Positions 1 through 11,893 of a stretch of DNA of 64,000 nt are shown piece after piece; positions within the stretch are counted from its first letter, which is position 1; the number at the start of each line of letters is the position of its first letter. Origin of the DNA: Balanoglossus misakiensis (taxonomy: Eukaryota > Animalia > Hemichordata); the NCBI GenBank assembly GCA_040954595.2, contig CM082576.2:2144760-2208759 (forward strand), given 5' to 3'. Both the position numbers and the translations under genes were made by a program. The notes under the pieces are model-generated. The model made no database searches and was not told the DNA's origin. It was given only the letters and a program-made list of their open reading frames with translations.

Positions 1-668
1 GGTAAATGCCTATTCTATCCATGAAGTGTTTCCTCAACTGTGTTGTCATCAAACTGAAAATTCGATTTGAAGAAAAGGTACTTTTTGTTGATTTCATGTT
101 GTGTGTGTCCCACACCCACGCTTGCCCAAACCTCACATACATTTAGGAGATTTGATGTTTTGTTTATCGCACGGTTGCTAGAAATAAGCCTAATACCTGA
201 ATGGAATCCTGTTTGTACAAGATGTTCTAGCTGGGGACAGAAACTCTTTGATTTTATGGAAGCATTGCTGTAAGTGGTGTCCACTTTGAGTATAGATGTA
301 AAAATGATTGTTTTCCTCATCATAATTGTTCCCCTTCAAGTGTTTTGTAAGTTCAAAGTAATTAATACCAAGCGTTGCAAGGTTAGGAATGTTTCCACTG
401 CAGAAACAGTGTGATTACAATTCATGGGTAGTCCATAGTTGCGGGGACTGTCAGCGGTTGTCTCTCACACACCATTGTCTCTGCAAAGAACAAAGCCTTC
501 ATTTACATATCAGGGATAATGTCAGACATAGCTGTGGTCCTGTGCTTGGTTGCTGTTGCCAACTCTGTGGGTTCCGCATGTTTTTTGTGATTCCACCGAT
601 TGTCTTCTGTTGCCTGCATGTGCGCTTCTCAAGAAGGGAAACGTGAGTGAGGAACAGAGAGACCAATC

Positions 669-800
669 ATGGATGATTCGATTGTGTTTGCCATGAGTGA
701 GGCCGAGTTGCGAGCCTTACAATACACAGACGCTCAGCTGGAACAATATCTTGACTCCGAGCAGCAGCAAGAGCCTGATCGGCCAGAGGGGACAGTAGAG
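669..800 (+). CDS. Candidate alternative first coding exon of ASPP (MDDSIVFAMSEAELRALQYTDAQLEQYLDSEQQQEPDRPEGTVE)
   Basis: ATG in ATCATGG context, 44 protein-like codons, ends GAG|gtatta in phase 0, matching the phase-0 acceptor at 2820. No transcript evidence available. Confidence 0.55.
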
Positions 801-1966
801 GTATTACAACCACTTCAGTCGCTCATTTTGTGGGAGATTTTATGTCTTTTCATTCTTGACTTAACTGTTTTTCATGTTCTACAAGTACTTCACTGCCGGC
901 AGAAAATTGGCACACACAAAAAATGCTGAACGTAGACAAATCAGATCTATACAGGTATTGATTTACTATTGAGCACAGTGGTTCATGCTTGACAAAATAC
1001 TCCTTTCAGCGTCCTTTGTACAGTCCTGTCAGTTATTTGCTCCACTGTAACTTTTTTCTTCCATTCAAGCGTTGAAGTATCATTTATTTGAAAACATGTT
1101 TCCCCATCAATTTACCTTGTCTGTGTTTGTGTGCCTGCAGGCAACAAGACGTCTGTGTGTGCTAGCTATTCAGCGACCATGAACACGAAGTCACGTAGTG
1201 ATCTTACCCAATACTCACACTCTCCGTAATATGGCATTGCTGATTGATAATGAAACCGTGATACCAGATAAATGAAATTGGGAAAAATATTGACGCGCGT
1301 AAATTTGCAGAATGCGTCACTTGCAGTTGCACTTTGGAGAATGTATAAAGTAATTGCCCAAATGCATACTATGTGAAAGTTAAATTTACAGTCCTGGCAG
1401 TCAGATGAAAACTTCAAAAAGTCTTTGAATGTAGACATCATAGTTATGTGCACATAAACATCCTGTTATTCATCTACTGTGAGTCCCAAGCTACTTTCCA
1501 AATCCATAACATGTTTACCTATAAACCATTAGTAAAATTGTTGAGTTTACCTTTATTTTAAACACCAAGTGGGATGTGTACGATAATCTCAAAGTTTATT
1601 GGCTGTGAATATTTTCCGGAGTGACCATGCAGAGAGCATTCAAGATTCAAGCGTTGTATGTTGTTTGGTTGTAGCTGAAGCCATCTTTGCGTAAATTGTT
1701 TGTGAATCTTGTTTTTGTCAGAAAATGCACATAGGAAACTTTATGTGTGGTTTTCAGGTGTGTTAGTACACATTGTCTTCAAGTCATTGAAGGGTGCTAT
1801 TTGTAGGGTCCTACTGTTTCAAATTCAAAGTGTAGGAAAAACCACATTCCCTGGGAAGATTTAACCAAGTAGGATCAGTCCGGATTAAACCCAGAAATAA
1901 TGAAAAGCCTTTCTATCCATCGTCTGATAAAGGTTAAGTAGGCATTCTAATTGTTTCTGTCTACAG

Positions 1967-1995
1967 TTATGTCTAAATGCCCCATTATCATAAAG
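1967..1995 (+). other. Candidate 29-nt alternative micro-exon in ASPP intron
   Basis: ctaat branch-like sequence + ttgtttctgtctacag acceptor and AAG|gtatgt donor. Internal ATG at 1969 gives MSKCPIIIK in phase 0 with exon 2820. Confidence 0.35.
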
Positions 1996-2819
1996 GTATG
2001 TTAAAAGTTTCAAGACAGCTTCTGAACCACCAGGATTCCTTTTTAAAGGCTGCTTCCCTTGTCTTCATTGATTTAATTAACAAGGAAAAACACACAAGGA
2101 CTGGTAATCATCTTTGGAAATCCTCAATTGTTTATGTGCTTAGGCCATTTAGTACTCATTACTATTGTACTGTGACTTTACACTAAGCACCCCTGTCAAC
2201 CACTAGCCAATAAATTAATCATGTCCTCAGCCATGTCTCCTGAAACCAATTATTGATTTTTTGGCTTGCAACAAATAGTTTGTTTTTACATAGCAGTGGG
2301 GGATATAACTGTACATAATCCAACAGGCCTGGTCACCAGTTGCCTTTTGTTTGAAGTATTTGTGGGAGTCCCGGTTGTTTTCTGTATTGCAGTTCACCTT
2401 GTAGTGGATTGTCGAGTACAGTGATGAGTAATATTTTCCCAGGCAGATACCAATCTACTTATTAAACAGAAATAGCTTCTGTGAGAGTTGAATCATTATG
2501 TGCTTACTCAGCACTCATGATTTGCTACAATTGGTGCCTAACATTCCCCTGAATTCATCCCACAAGTCTGATTTTCTTTTGACGTGCAGGAGTCTGTAGC
2601 TTTGTACTTGGAGGCAGAGTGAGCATTTTTACTTTGTATATTGTCAGCCTTTTAACTAACTAATTTTTAACGCTCTCAGGTATTCTGCAACCGCAAGAGT
2701 TCAAATTAATTTCCAGAAGAAGCCAGCTTGATTGACAGGCCAGAATCTCTCTCTGGGTCAGCCTTTTCCTTATGTAACATACTTAAAGATTGCCTGTGTT
2801 TCTTTTATTGATTTTTCAG

Positions 2820-5800
2820 CTCCCTGCTGGTGTTGACCTGACACTGACTGACCTGCAAGAAATGGCAACTCGTCAACAGCACCAAATTGAATCTCAGCAA
2901 CAGATGCTGGTTGCCAAAGAGCAGCGGCTGAAGTTTCTGAAACAGCAAGAGAAGAAACACCAAGTAAGTCGAATGCCACAGCTGTAACCTTCCTACTCAT
3001 TATGTCACCAAACCCTATGGACATCCTTTTGTACGTTTGCGGCAGTGATTCCTGCAGTGCTATGAATTAAATGTTCATTGGGAAAAAACGACGTGCATCA
3101 CATATTTAAACGCCTTCCCGCTGCTGAAAAGTGATTGCCTTGTTATGTTTTGGCCTGAACCACTGAAAAATTTGACCTGTTATAAGAGTGGGTTCTGACC
3201 TCCTCAGTTGTTAATTGTACATTCTGAATTTATATTTGGAAGACTGATGACCAGTGCTTGTCTCGTGTTCTCCAGGTCAGAATCGCAAAAAGTACGGGAC
3301 ACCTATTGTGTGTGTCTCCCTTCCCTATCAAAGTTTTCTGGACAGAGGGCTAATAGTGTTTCTTCCTCTCCCCTCCTCTCTTCAGCAAATGACAGCAGAA
3401 AATGAGCGCCTCAGAAAACTTCGAGAAAAGGTGGAAAGCCAGGAGCAGAAGTTACGCAAGCTTCGCTCGATTCGCGGACAGGTGGATGCTACCAAAGGGA
3501 ATAACTCGACCCTCAGTAAGTCTCAGTGTGTGGTATTTGGCATCTGATGTGCAGAATACCGTGCTATGATGAATTGCAGTCCGCATGGGGTGTTTCACAC
3601 CTGTTCCTTATGTGCGTGATGGTGTGGCAATTCTGGTCATGAGAAAGACAAATATAGAAGTCATATTTCATGCACGGTACTGAAATGTTCAGGGATAAGG
3701 CAAGGTTATTTATTTTCAAACAATTCAGTGGTCTTTGTATATAAGAATCATGGGAGGAATGATCGAAATGATCTGCTTCGAAAACAGCATCACATCCTTG
3801 AGAATCACTTATCTATTCCCAAAATTCACCCTCCAGCTTCGGAATTGGAAACAATCCGTCAACTCTTCAACGAGAAAGAGAAAGAATTGGCCATTGCCGT
3901 AACCAAAGTAGAAGAACTGAGCGAGCAGTTGGAACTACTGAGGAAGGGGAAGATGAATGGCCTGAATGGAGATAGCACACACAATTCACCGACAGCGGCT
4001 GAAATAGAGAGATTACGCAAAGAACTCCTGGTGAGTGACTCCACTGGAATGTTTGATAATCTCTCTGGAATAATTCAAGAGATTCGGCAGCTTTTACAGA
4101 AGTATTCACAGCCATGAGGAATTTCTTAAAGGTCCTTGAATAAGTGCTCAGCATTTATAAGCATTTGACATTAACACAGGTGCATTAAAAAAACTATAAT
4201 GTGTCATTGATGACTCTCAGATTAAATCAGACTAGCAGGTGCAGGTCATGAAATGAGAGATATCATGCTATGAATGATGCAGTCTATTGGCTGTAATCAG
4301 TGCCTTGGAGTCCTAAGTAAAGGGCAACCGATCGTTATAATAATGTCAAGGAAAATGACATGTTGTTTTCTGTGACTTTACTGCACCTTTTACATTGATG
4401 TCATTTCAGAAACAGTTATGGTAAATGTACAATTATTAACCTCTTTATCAGAAATTTATGAGGTTTTTTTCTCATTTTTCTCGTCAGATTCGTAACAAAT
4501 TAAATGAGCAGCAGAGCTCCAAGCTGCAAGCCCAGCAGCAGTTAATATCAGAACGCAGTAATGACATGGGAGTAATGGATAAGAGAATAGAGGAACTGAC
4601 AGAGAGGCTGAGAAAAAAGAAGGCACAGCAAAAGCTGCACCAGCAACAAAAACAGCAACCCCAACAACAGCAGCAGCAACCCATACAGCCACAGCATCAG
4701 CAGCAACATAGTTTCCATGGTCTGATTGGCAACTCACTGGCCAATGGAATGGTAACGCTTCCCCGAACACCCAGCAGCAGACCCACAAACATTGCTGCTG
4801 TGGAACCGTACAGCATTCAGGCTCCCAATAAGAGTAACAAAGGAGATACAGTCAAGGAGACTTATTCCATTCCAATTAAACCAAAACTTGTGGAGTTCAA
4901 TGCGGAAAAGCCCGAGGAACTGAAAAAGCCAACTGATTCAAAGCCTGCTAATGCTAATTCTGAAAAATTGCATGACAGCATGCCTGGGAACGATAAGGCA
5001 TCTGAAAAGGGTGGCAACAAAACACAGAGCACATCCTCGCCTCAGCATTCTAAAGGACTTGCAAAGGCTGCAGCTCCTCAAAGTGTGGATCTGGTACCGG
5101 CAAATAGTATAGAGCCAATTGTACCTGGAATAAGAGGTCAGCCGGAAGGCAACACTGAGAGCAGCAGTGACACGGCATCAATAACGGACACTTCGAGCTC
5201 GGAAAATGGGCCGGTCTTCCCGAGCAACTCCAAACCCAATCACATGAGTAACGGCAAACTCGGAAACACTGGCAAACAGCCAGCGACCACAACATATGTG
5301 CCGCCGTATTCTCAGGCTGGGACTGTAAATAATCAAGTTCCGCCCGCGAAGCCAGCAACTACCAAACCAAGCCAGCCCCCTCAAACACTGCCAAAACCAC
5401 ACCCTGCCATGCAAAACCAGCAAAAGATGTCACCTCAGCTTCAGAGGAATGCTGCGATTAAGAATGGAAGGCCTAAACCACCAGTGCCTGTGAAACCAAC
5501 AAATCTGCCGTTGAATAATGATCAAAACAGAAAACCAGCTGTGCAGGCCAAACCAGTAGCTGCACCTCTTCCACCTTGGCAGCAGCAGCAGCAGCAACAA
5601 GCTTCACAGCAGCATCCTCCCTCTCCAGGTGCACTGGGAAGACAGCATGGAGGAAGCCACCCTCCTTCTCCTGTGATTGCGTCGACACCATCACCACAGC
5701 TGCCATCCCCCACACGGCCTCCCACATACGCACAGAAACCACCCTCACCAACAACGAGCCATGCACCGCCATCACCGCTGGTAAATTCCCAAAGCGCTCA

Positions 5801-8800
5801 GCAGCGTTTAGCTCAGCACCCGCCGTCCCCACACATGGTGAGCCAAGCGCAGCACCCATCATCACCGGTCTGGCAGAAACGACAGCCACCATCTCCAGAG
5901 GTGCCTCCGAAGTCATCCGCTACAGATGTGTCTGCCACCATCACGGTTCCTCCAGACAATGTTCAGAGAGCAGCGCAGGGAAAGCCTGAGGTGATGACAT
6001 ACAGACCTCCTGCAACTACCCAGCCAAACTCGGCACCACCTGTGTTTCCGAAACCACAAGTTTCACACAACCAAAATAAAGGTGCCACGCCCACCACCCA
6101 AGCGCAAGAAGCTAACAGGGGAGGGGAGAGTGTGGCACAAGGCAGTGTCACAGGCGTCAATGATGCCCTGTCTATACTCCTTGGCAATGGTGACCCTGCT
6201 GCAAGAACTACGCAGGGCTATCAGCGATACGTACCGACGAAACCAACAGTCAGTACGACATTCACCACAATAACTCCGCCAGTCGTGTCAGACCAGAGAT
6301 CCCCATCCACTGCTGCCAACATGGGAAGACCGCCATCGTCACCACACACCCCGACCACCACTACAACATCGACACGACCATTCTCGCCCCCGCTGTCCAG
6401 ATCCGCAGCTGTACAGGGTAACACTGCCACAGCCACTGTCAAGCCGATGAGCCAAAATGCTGAGCCGATCTACGATGTGCCGCCTAAAATCCAGCCCATG
6501 CACCCAGCGTACAGGGATCAGCCGCCACCCCAGTACAGCCAGGCCACAGCTAAACCACCATTCCATCCACCCCCTCCTCACCCTTCAGTTCAGTCGGCCA
6601 ACAGTACCATGCCTGGTCAGCCCAATGCTCATCAAGGCAAACAGGTGCCTCTGCAGTCACAGTATCTGTTCCCCAACGTTCCCAAAAATCAGCCTGGTTC
6701 AAGTGGACAGAATTCACCTCCCATCAATGAAAATAATGACCCGAACAGGAGGCCACCGAGCCCAGTGAAGTACTTTTCACACAAATATCCTCCGGGCTAT
6801 CCACCTCTGAAACACTGGGACAACGATAGGCTCAGAAACATTCCTAGGCCACTGAGAAGACGACATTCGTACACAGAGGAAAAAGAAGCCATGCCAATGG
6901 TCAGGACGCCAGGCAACAGAGTTGATAGGAGTTTATCCGAGAGTGAAGGCACTGTACCATTCTATCAGCCCGACAGACCTCCAACCGCGTTCAATAACAC
7001 AGCAAATATGGACCCTGTTAGGAGGACTTATTATCAACAACAGAGTCCCCAGCAGCCCCCACTGCAGCAGCAACCCTTGCAACAGCCGCCACAGAACAAC
7101 CATTCCCCGGTACCTGCACGTCAGAACTACCCTAATCCCTACCCAGCACAAAACGGACCCAGTTACAGAACTGAAATCCGACAGCCGAACATGTATGATA
7201 GCTTGGAACCCTCCCCACAGCAGTACAGGGAGGCGCTATCACAGGTGGCCAGATCATCTGCCATGGAGAGTCTGCAGGTCAGGCAGCATTACAGTGTACC
7301 GCCCAAGAAGTCCAATCTGAAGAAACCCAATGGAACCAAGAAAACCAACCGTGTCAGCTTTGATCCACTGGCGTTGCTCCTGGATGCCTCCTTAGAAGGG
7401 GAATTCAATCTGGTTAGGAAAGTTATTGGCGAGGTAAGATTGGGGGAATGCAGTTGCATGTAAGGGAAGTTAATGAGTAGTTTGAGCCAATTTGTATTAT
7501 TTTGTATAGTTATACTATTCTGAAATGGGTGGGAATGAAGAAAAAAATCCCAAATTATATGCTGATAAATGGTTGAAACTTGACAAAATGACTTTGATAC
7601 TTAATTGCAGGTCTCAAATCCCAGTGGTTCAAATGACGAAGGCATAACAGCACTACACAATGCCATATGTGCCGGTCACTATGACATTGTCACATTCCTG
7701 GTGGACTATGGCTGTGATGTTAATGCTCAAGACAGTGATGGATGGTGAGTGTCAAACACAGATTGAATCAGCACTATGGAATGCCATTCTTGGTTCAAAT
7801 CAGTGAGGAAAATAGTTCAAAGAGATCCGTGTTAAACAGAAAACCCCTCAAAAAAGTTAATTGTTTAGCACTGTGCTCAGTCCACATGAGTTGTGAAAAT
7901 GTGACAGTAAAGTGCTAAATTTGCTAACCCACGCTGGCCTGGGGTTAGCTCAGAGCAGACCTACTTGGAAACTTGTTTCTCATCTGTGCTGTACTTTCCT
8001 CTGTGCCTAGGACTCCACTACACTGTGCAGCATCCTGCAACAATCTGGCAATGGTTAAATTTCTCGTGGAGAGGGGCGCTTGTCTGTTCGCGACAACGAT
8101 AAGCGACGTAGAAACGGCAGCGGAGAAGTGTGAAGAGGACGAGGAGGGATTCGATGGTTGCTCTGAGTATCTGTATGGTGAGTGAAGAAGCAAGTTCTGT
8201 CTCAGTGAATCTATGGTTTGTTTCAGGCTGTATTGAACAGAAGCCAAACATGCCTAAGGGTAAATGTGACCCCTGTATATACGTGCTGACCTCTACATGA
8301 CAGATGCGTTTTCCTAATCGAAATGTCAGCGACCTTTTTCCAAAGCAACAAAGTATCTATAAATAAGGGCCTGTCTGTGTCTGCAATGCAGTCTGATTTC
8401 AGGGTACCTAATTTACATGCATTTGCATAAAATCATTTCAAATGAACAGCGCCCCCGTGCTTAAGTATGTGTCCGTTAGGATTTTTTCCCGAGGTACCGA
8501 TAATCTCACTTTTCCAGCTTAATACTGCGTTAGAAGAATTATTCTCATCCCGAAACTGACGTATACCCGGTAAGTTGCTGTTTCTATCATATTTCACGCC
8601 ATTGTTAGTCCAAAGAATTAGGTTATACGCGTTTCGAGTGGTGTGCCCGTACGGACTTTCACGATTTTTCCGTGATTTTCAACACTGCCCCGCGTCTAAG
8701 TGCCGGTTTTTAAAAATCGAAAATTGACATAAATCGTTGAGTTGATTATTGTTTTATCGAAATTTGCGTATTTTTAGTCTGCTCAAGGTCCGGAAAAATT

Positions 8801-11800
8801 GCGAACGCCTGTTTACTGAGTGTGTGTATGTACCGTGTTCTAACATGGCGGCGTAAGGAATCCATACCCGGAAGTAGCGAATGCGCGACTGTGGCAAGCT
8901 ATTTTAGATCATTATGTCCCGGTCCAATTTCGTAATTTTCTTGCTGAGAGCTCTGATTGGACGTGATTTTTGGCGCAATGATGGGACAGTAGGTGTCCAG
9001 ACGTCACCGTAGACCTTATAGGGACAAAGTCTCTCTCTAGCTGCCTTTTTTTCCATTAATTATATTTGATACAAGACACCGTTTGTTATTCTACATGTGG
9101 ATATATAGTGAATCAACGTTCAACCACACACAACTTCCATCCCTCTTATAGACAGGAGAGTGAAAAAACTCCCCAAAATGAATAATCGTTCTTTACCATT
9201 TATTCATTTTGGGCGAGTTTTTACTCTCATATCTTACAAGTGGGATGGAAGTTGTGTGTGGTCGAATGTAGATTTACTATATATCCACATGTACATTAAC
9301 ATAAACAGTGTCTTGTATCAAACATAACTAGTGGGAAAAGGGCAGTGAGAGAGACTTTGTCCCTTTAAGTAAGCGCGCCTGAGGGAAAGTTTCCCCGGCA
9401 CCATCATTCCTTGCTTGGCGTGCACTGTTGCAGCAGTGTCGTGTGTGTGTGGAAGCCGGAGCAAGTGTTTCTCAAATCTCTTGTTGAGACCTTCACCAAT
9501 AATTATCGTACGCCTTACAGTTTGTTTCTTTGTCTTTCAGGAGACAACGAAGAAAGAAGTGCGTCTGTGCTGATCGATCGGTGTTTTACTGCCTGTAGTG
9601 TGGTTGGTGGCCAGTTCCCACACTTTTTTGCATTCAGGAGTTTCCTTTATTAATCTTGCTTTCCTCAGTTGTTACCTTTTATATATTATATTGTATTTAT
9701 TTGACAATAAAATTTAAAAAGGTAAATTTCATTAACTGTTATTGTTTGAGTATTACTGAACAGGCATTTTCCAGTCTGTGTAGGAGTAGTCTGTGTGGTT
9801 TTAGTTTGACTGACAATTGTCTAGTCTGCACTGTGCAGAGTTTTTGTGAACTGATATTTAGTCTAGTCTTTGCAGGGTGTGTGTGTGTGAACTGGCATTT
9901 GTATGGGCTGTCTGTGCAGAGTGACAGTGAAAGGCTTTTGTCCAGTCTGGGCATAGTAACTGATTGGGCATTTATCAGTCTGTCTATGCAAGTCATATTT
10001 TTCTATAGTCATTTTCAGTCTTTTAACTGCAACATACTTTGTCTTTGTGAAGCTTTTCATAATGGTGAGAAAGGGGTCGTTTGTGTTTTCCTCCAAGAGT
10101 AGAGATAGTTTGCTGGTTTTAAATAGACTGCTGAGGTCTATGGCAAATGCCACGGATGGAAGGAATAACATTCTAAACTCCATAAAGACCACTATACACA
10201 AACTGTGAAAACACTAGAAGTGGTAAAAACACCAGTAGAAGTTATATTGACAGAGTAAGTGAAGATGATTCAATTCTAGAAATGATTATGAATGAAGAAA
10301 TGGTGGATACTTTTGAAACGTTTGACATACTAGAGATAGAAGAGGTAGAACAGGAATACCAATTACCTGAGGAAGATTTACAAGAGAGTACAACAAATGC
10401 ATATGAAAATGATACAAATAATTACAGTGATTATTCAGATATGGAGTTACATGTAGAAAACTAAATGTAGAATTATAAGGCTGGCAATAATTTTATTGAT
10501 TGAAAAAAATATACATAAAATTCTTAAATTAGAAATAATCAAAAAGAAAAAAAAATGTTTTTAAAAATTGCCAAATTACCAATCAATGTCAGAAAAAGGA
10601 GAGTTGGACCAGTGTAGTCTGTTGTAGTACACCATGATTTCATTGTCAGATTAACCTCACAGTCACCACTATGCATACTATGTACATACTGTCTATGCAG
10701 ACCGCCACTTATCCGGGTTAATCTCTAAAACACATGAATATCCATTGTCAAAACCTAGGCTGTTATCGAGCATTGATTGTCTCATAACTCATCTGCAATG
10801 TTATGTTCAGTGTAAAGTCCCGGCAGACTGCCGGGGACTGTGATTTGATCTGCCGAGTTTCCGTGTTACGCAATCGAAACACCCTTACGGAGGTCCTATA
10901 CATATAGTATGTTGCTTGAGAGGTCACATTCAACACTGCCCCGCGTCAAAGTGCTTCACCGTAGGCAAACCAAACTTGGCACAGTTATAGCTAATATATA
11001 GACCCTGTGAAAAACCGTATTTACGCTTCTGCTCAAGACCCTCTAATTTTTGTATCGCTTCTCAAAAATTAGCATTCACATTCATAACATCGTACGATCG
11101 AGTCACTGCCACATCGCCAGTATGCAGGGTTTCAAAATAATTTATTACAGCTAAAACGAGCGTCATAAAGCGTAAGACAACATCCTTTTAGACAATAATT
11201 GATGGAAAACGAACCTTGTCATCCAAAATTAAAGCGTGTACACCTCTTTTCATGCCAGCATGCAGGTTTCAAGTTTTCGGTAGGCCGCCATATTGGATAG
11301 AAGTGAAAACGAGGCTCTCTGTTGTAAGATTTTGGCGAATTTCAATAGGCTGAGATCAGACTGATGTGTTGTACACAAATACATTGCAATCTTTGGCAGG
11401 TTATGTAGCACAAATGGATAGAGATGTGTAATTAATTTCCCAATTTTAAACAGAAACATCTTCTGGTGACGGTATGACAGTGATTGTGGAATATTTGTTA
11501 TTTCCACACACTTTAGGTATACAAGAAAAGCTAGGCATCATGAACAAAGGTGTGGTGTACGCCGTCTATGAATATGAGGCTGAGAGCCATGATGAGCTGA
11601 GCTTCAAATTTGGTGACGCCATGGTGATCCTGAGACGAGGAGATGAAAATGAAAGAGAATGGTGGTGGGCGAGGAAAGGCAACAGAGAGGGTTATGTGCC
11701 AAGGAATTTACTGGGAGTAAGTACATGTTATTGTACAGAGAAGGCGTTTATCAGACCTACACTTTTGAATGGGTGATCAAATCACGAAATGCAGTAACAT

Positions 11801-11893
11801 AATGAACATAGGTCCAGTTACAGGTGACTTACTTACAGCTATCATGATCTCTCTCTGCAGATGTTCCCAAGAGTAAAGTCCAGGAGAGAGTAG
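2820..11893 (+). CDS. ASPP: Apoptosis-stimulating of p53 protein (ASPP1/ASPP2 co-orthologue), 5'-partial; coiled coil, Pro/Gln-rich region, ankyrin repeats, SH3
   Basis: Exons joined in frame with GT-AG sites: 2820-2963, 3386-3515, 3837-4030, 4488-7433, 7611-7744, 8011-8177, 11517-11716, 11861-11893 (TAG); 1315 aa visible. Recognised ASPP segments: [39 protein letters not shown]1-binding RVSF followed by [15 protein letters not shown], ankyrin [16 protein letters not shown] and [18 protein letters not shown]3 [17 protein letters not shown]...EWWWAR...[15 protein letters not shown]. The N-terminal ubiquitin-like domain is not seen and probably lies upstream (window starts G|gtaaat, a likely donor). 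Confidence 0.96.
8389..11363. mobile_element. Non-autonomous TIR DNA transposon (~3 kb, possibly Academ-like) in ASPP intron
   Basis: CAGTCTGATTTCAG (8389-8402) and CTGAGATCAGACTG (11350-11363) are inverted repeats matching at 13/14. Identical ATG flanks (8386-8388, 11364-11366) form a 3-bp TSD. Ends are CpG-rich compared with the CpG-poor host introns. No transposase ORF. Superfamily call rests only on YAG termini and the 3-bp TSD. Confidence 0.75.
9020..9364. mobile_element. Fold-back MITE (Kolobok-like termini) nested in the larger element
   Basis: Arms of ~167 bp (9020-~9186 and ~9198-9364) are imperfect reverse complements: AGGGACAAAGTCTCTCTC...GAGAGAGACTTTGTCCCT, plus TTTGATACAAGACAC, TACATGTGGATATATAGT, ACCACACACAACTTCCATCCC and CCCAAAATGAATAA blocks. 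Loop ~11 nt. Flanks TTAT/TTAA resemble a degenerate TTAA TSD. Confidence 0.8.

Noticed and set aside
2680-2756. Strong branch point and acceptor (taactaac...ctctcag) before the ASPP exon at 2820
   Set aside because: All three frames hit a stop before a weak donor; no support as a coding exon.
4456-7320. Many overlapping or antisense ORFs (poly-Cys, poly-Ala, poly-Val) in the ORF track
   Set aside because: They are shadow frames of the Gln/Pro-rich ASPP giant exon.
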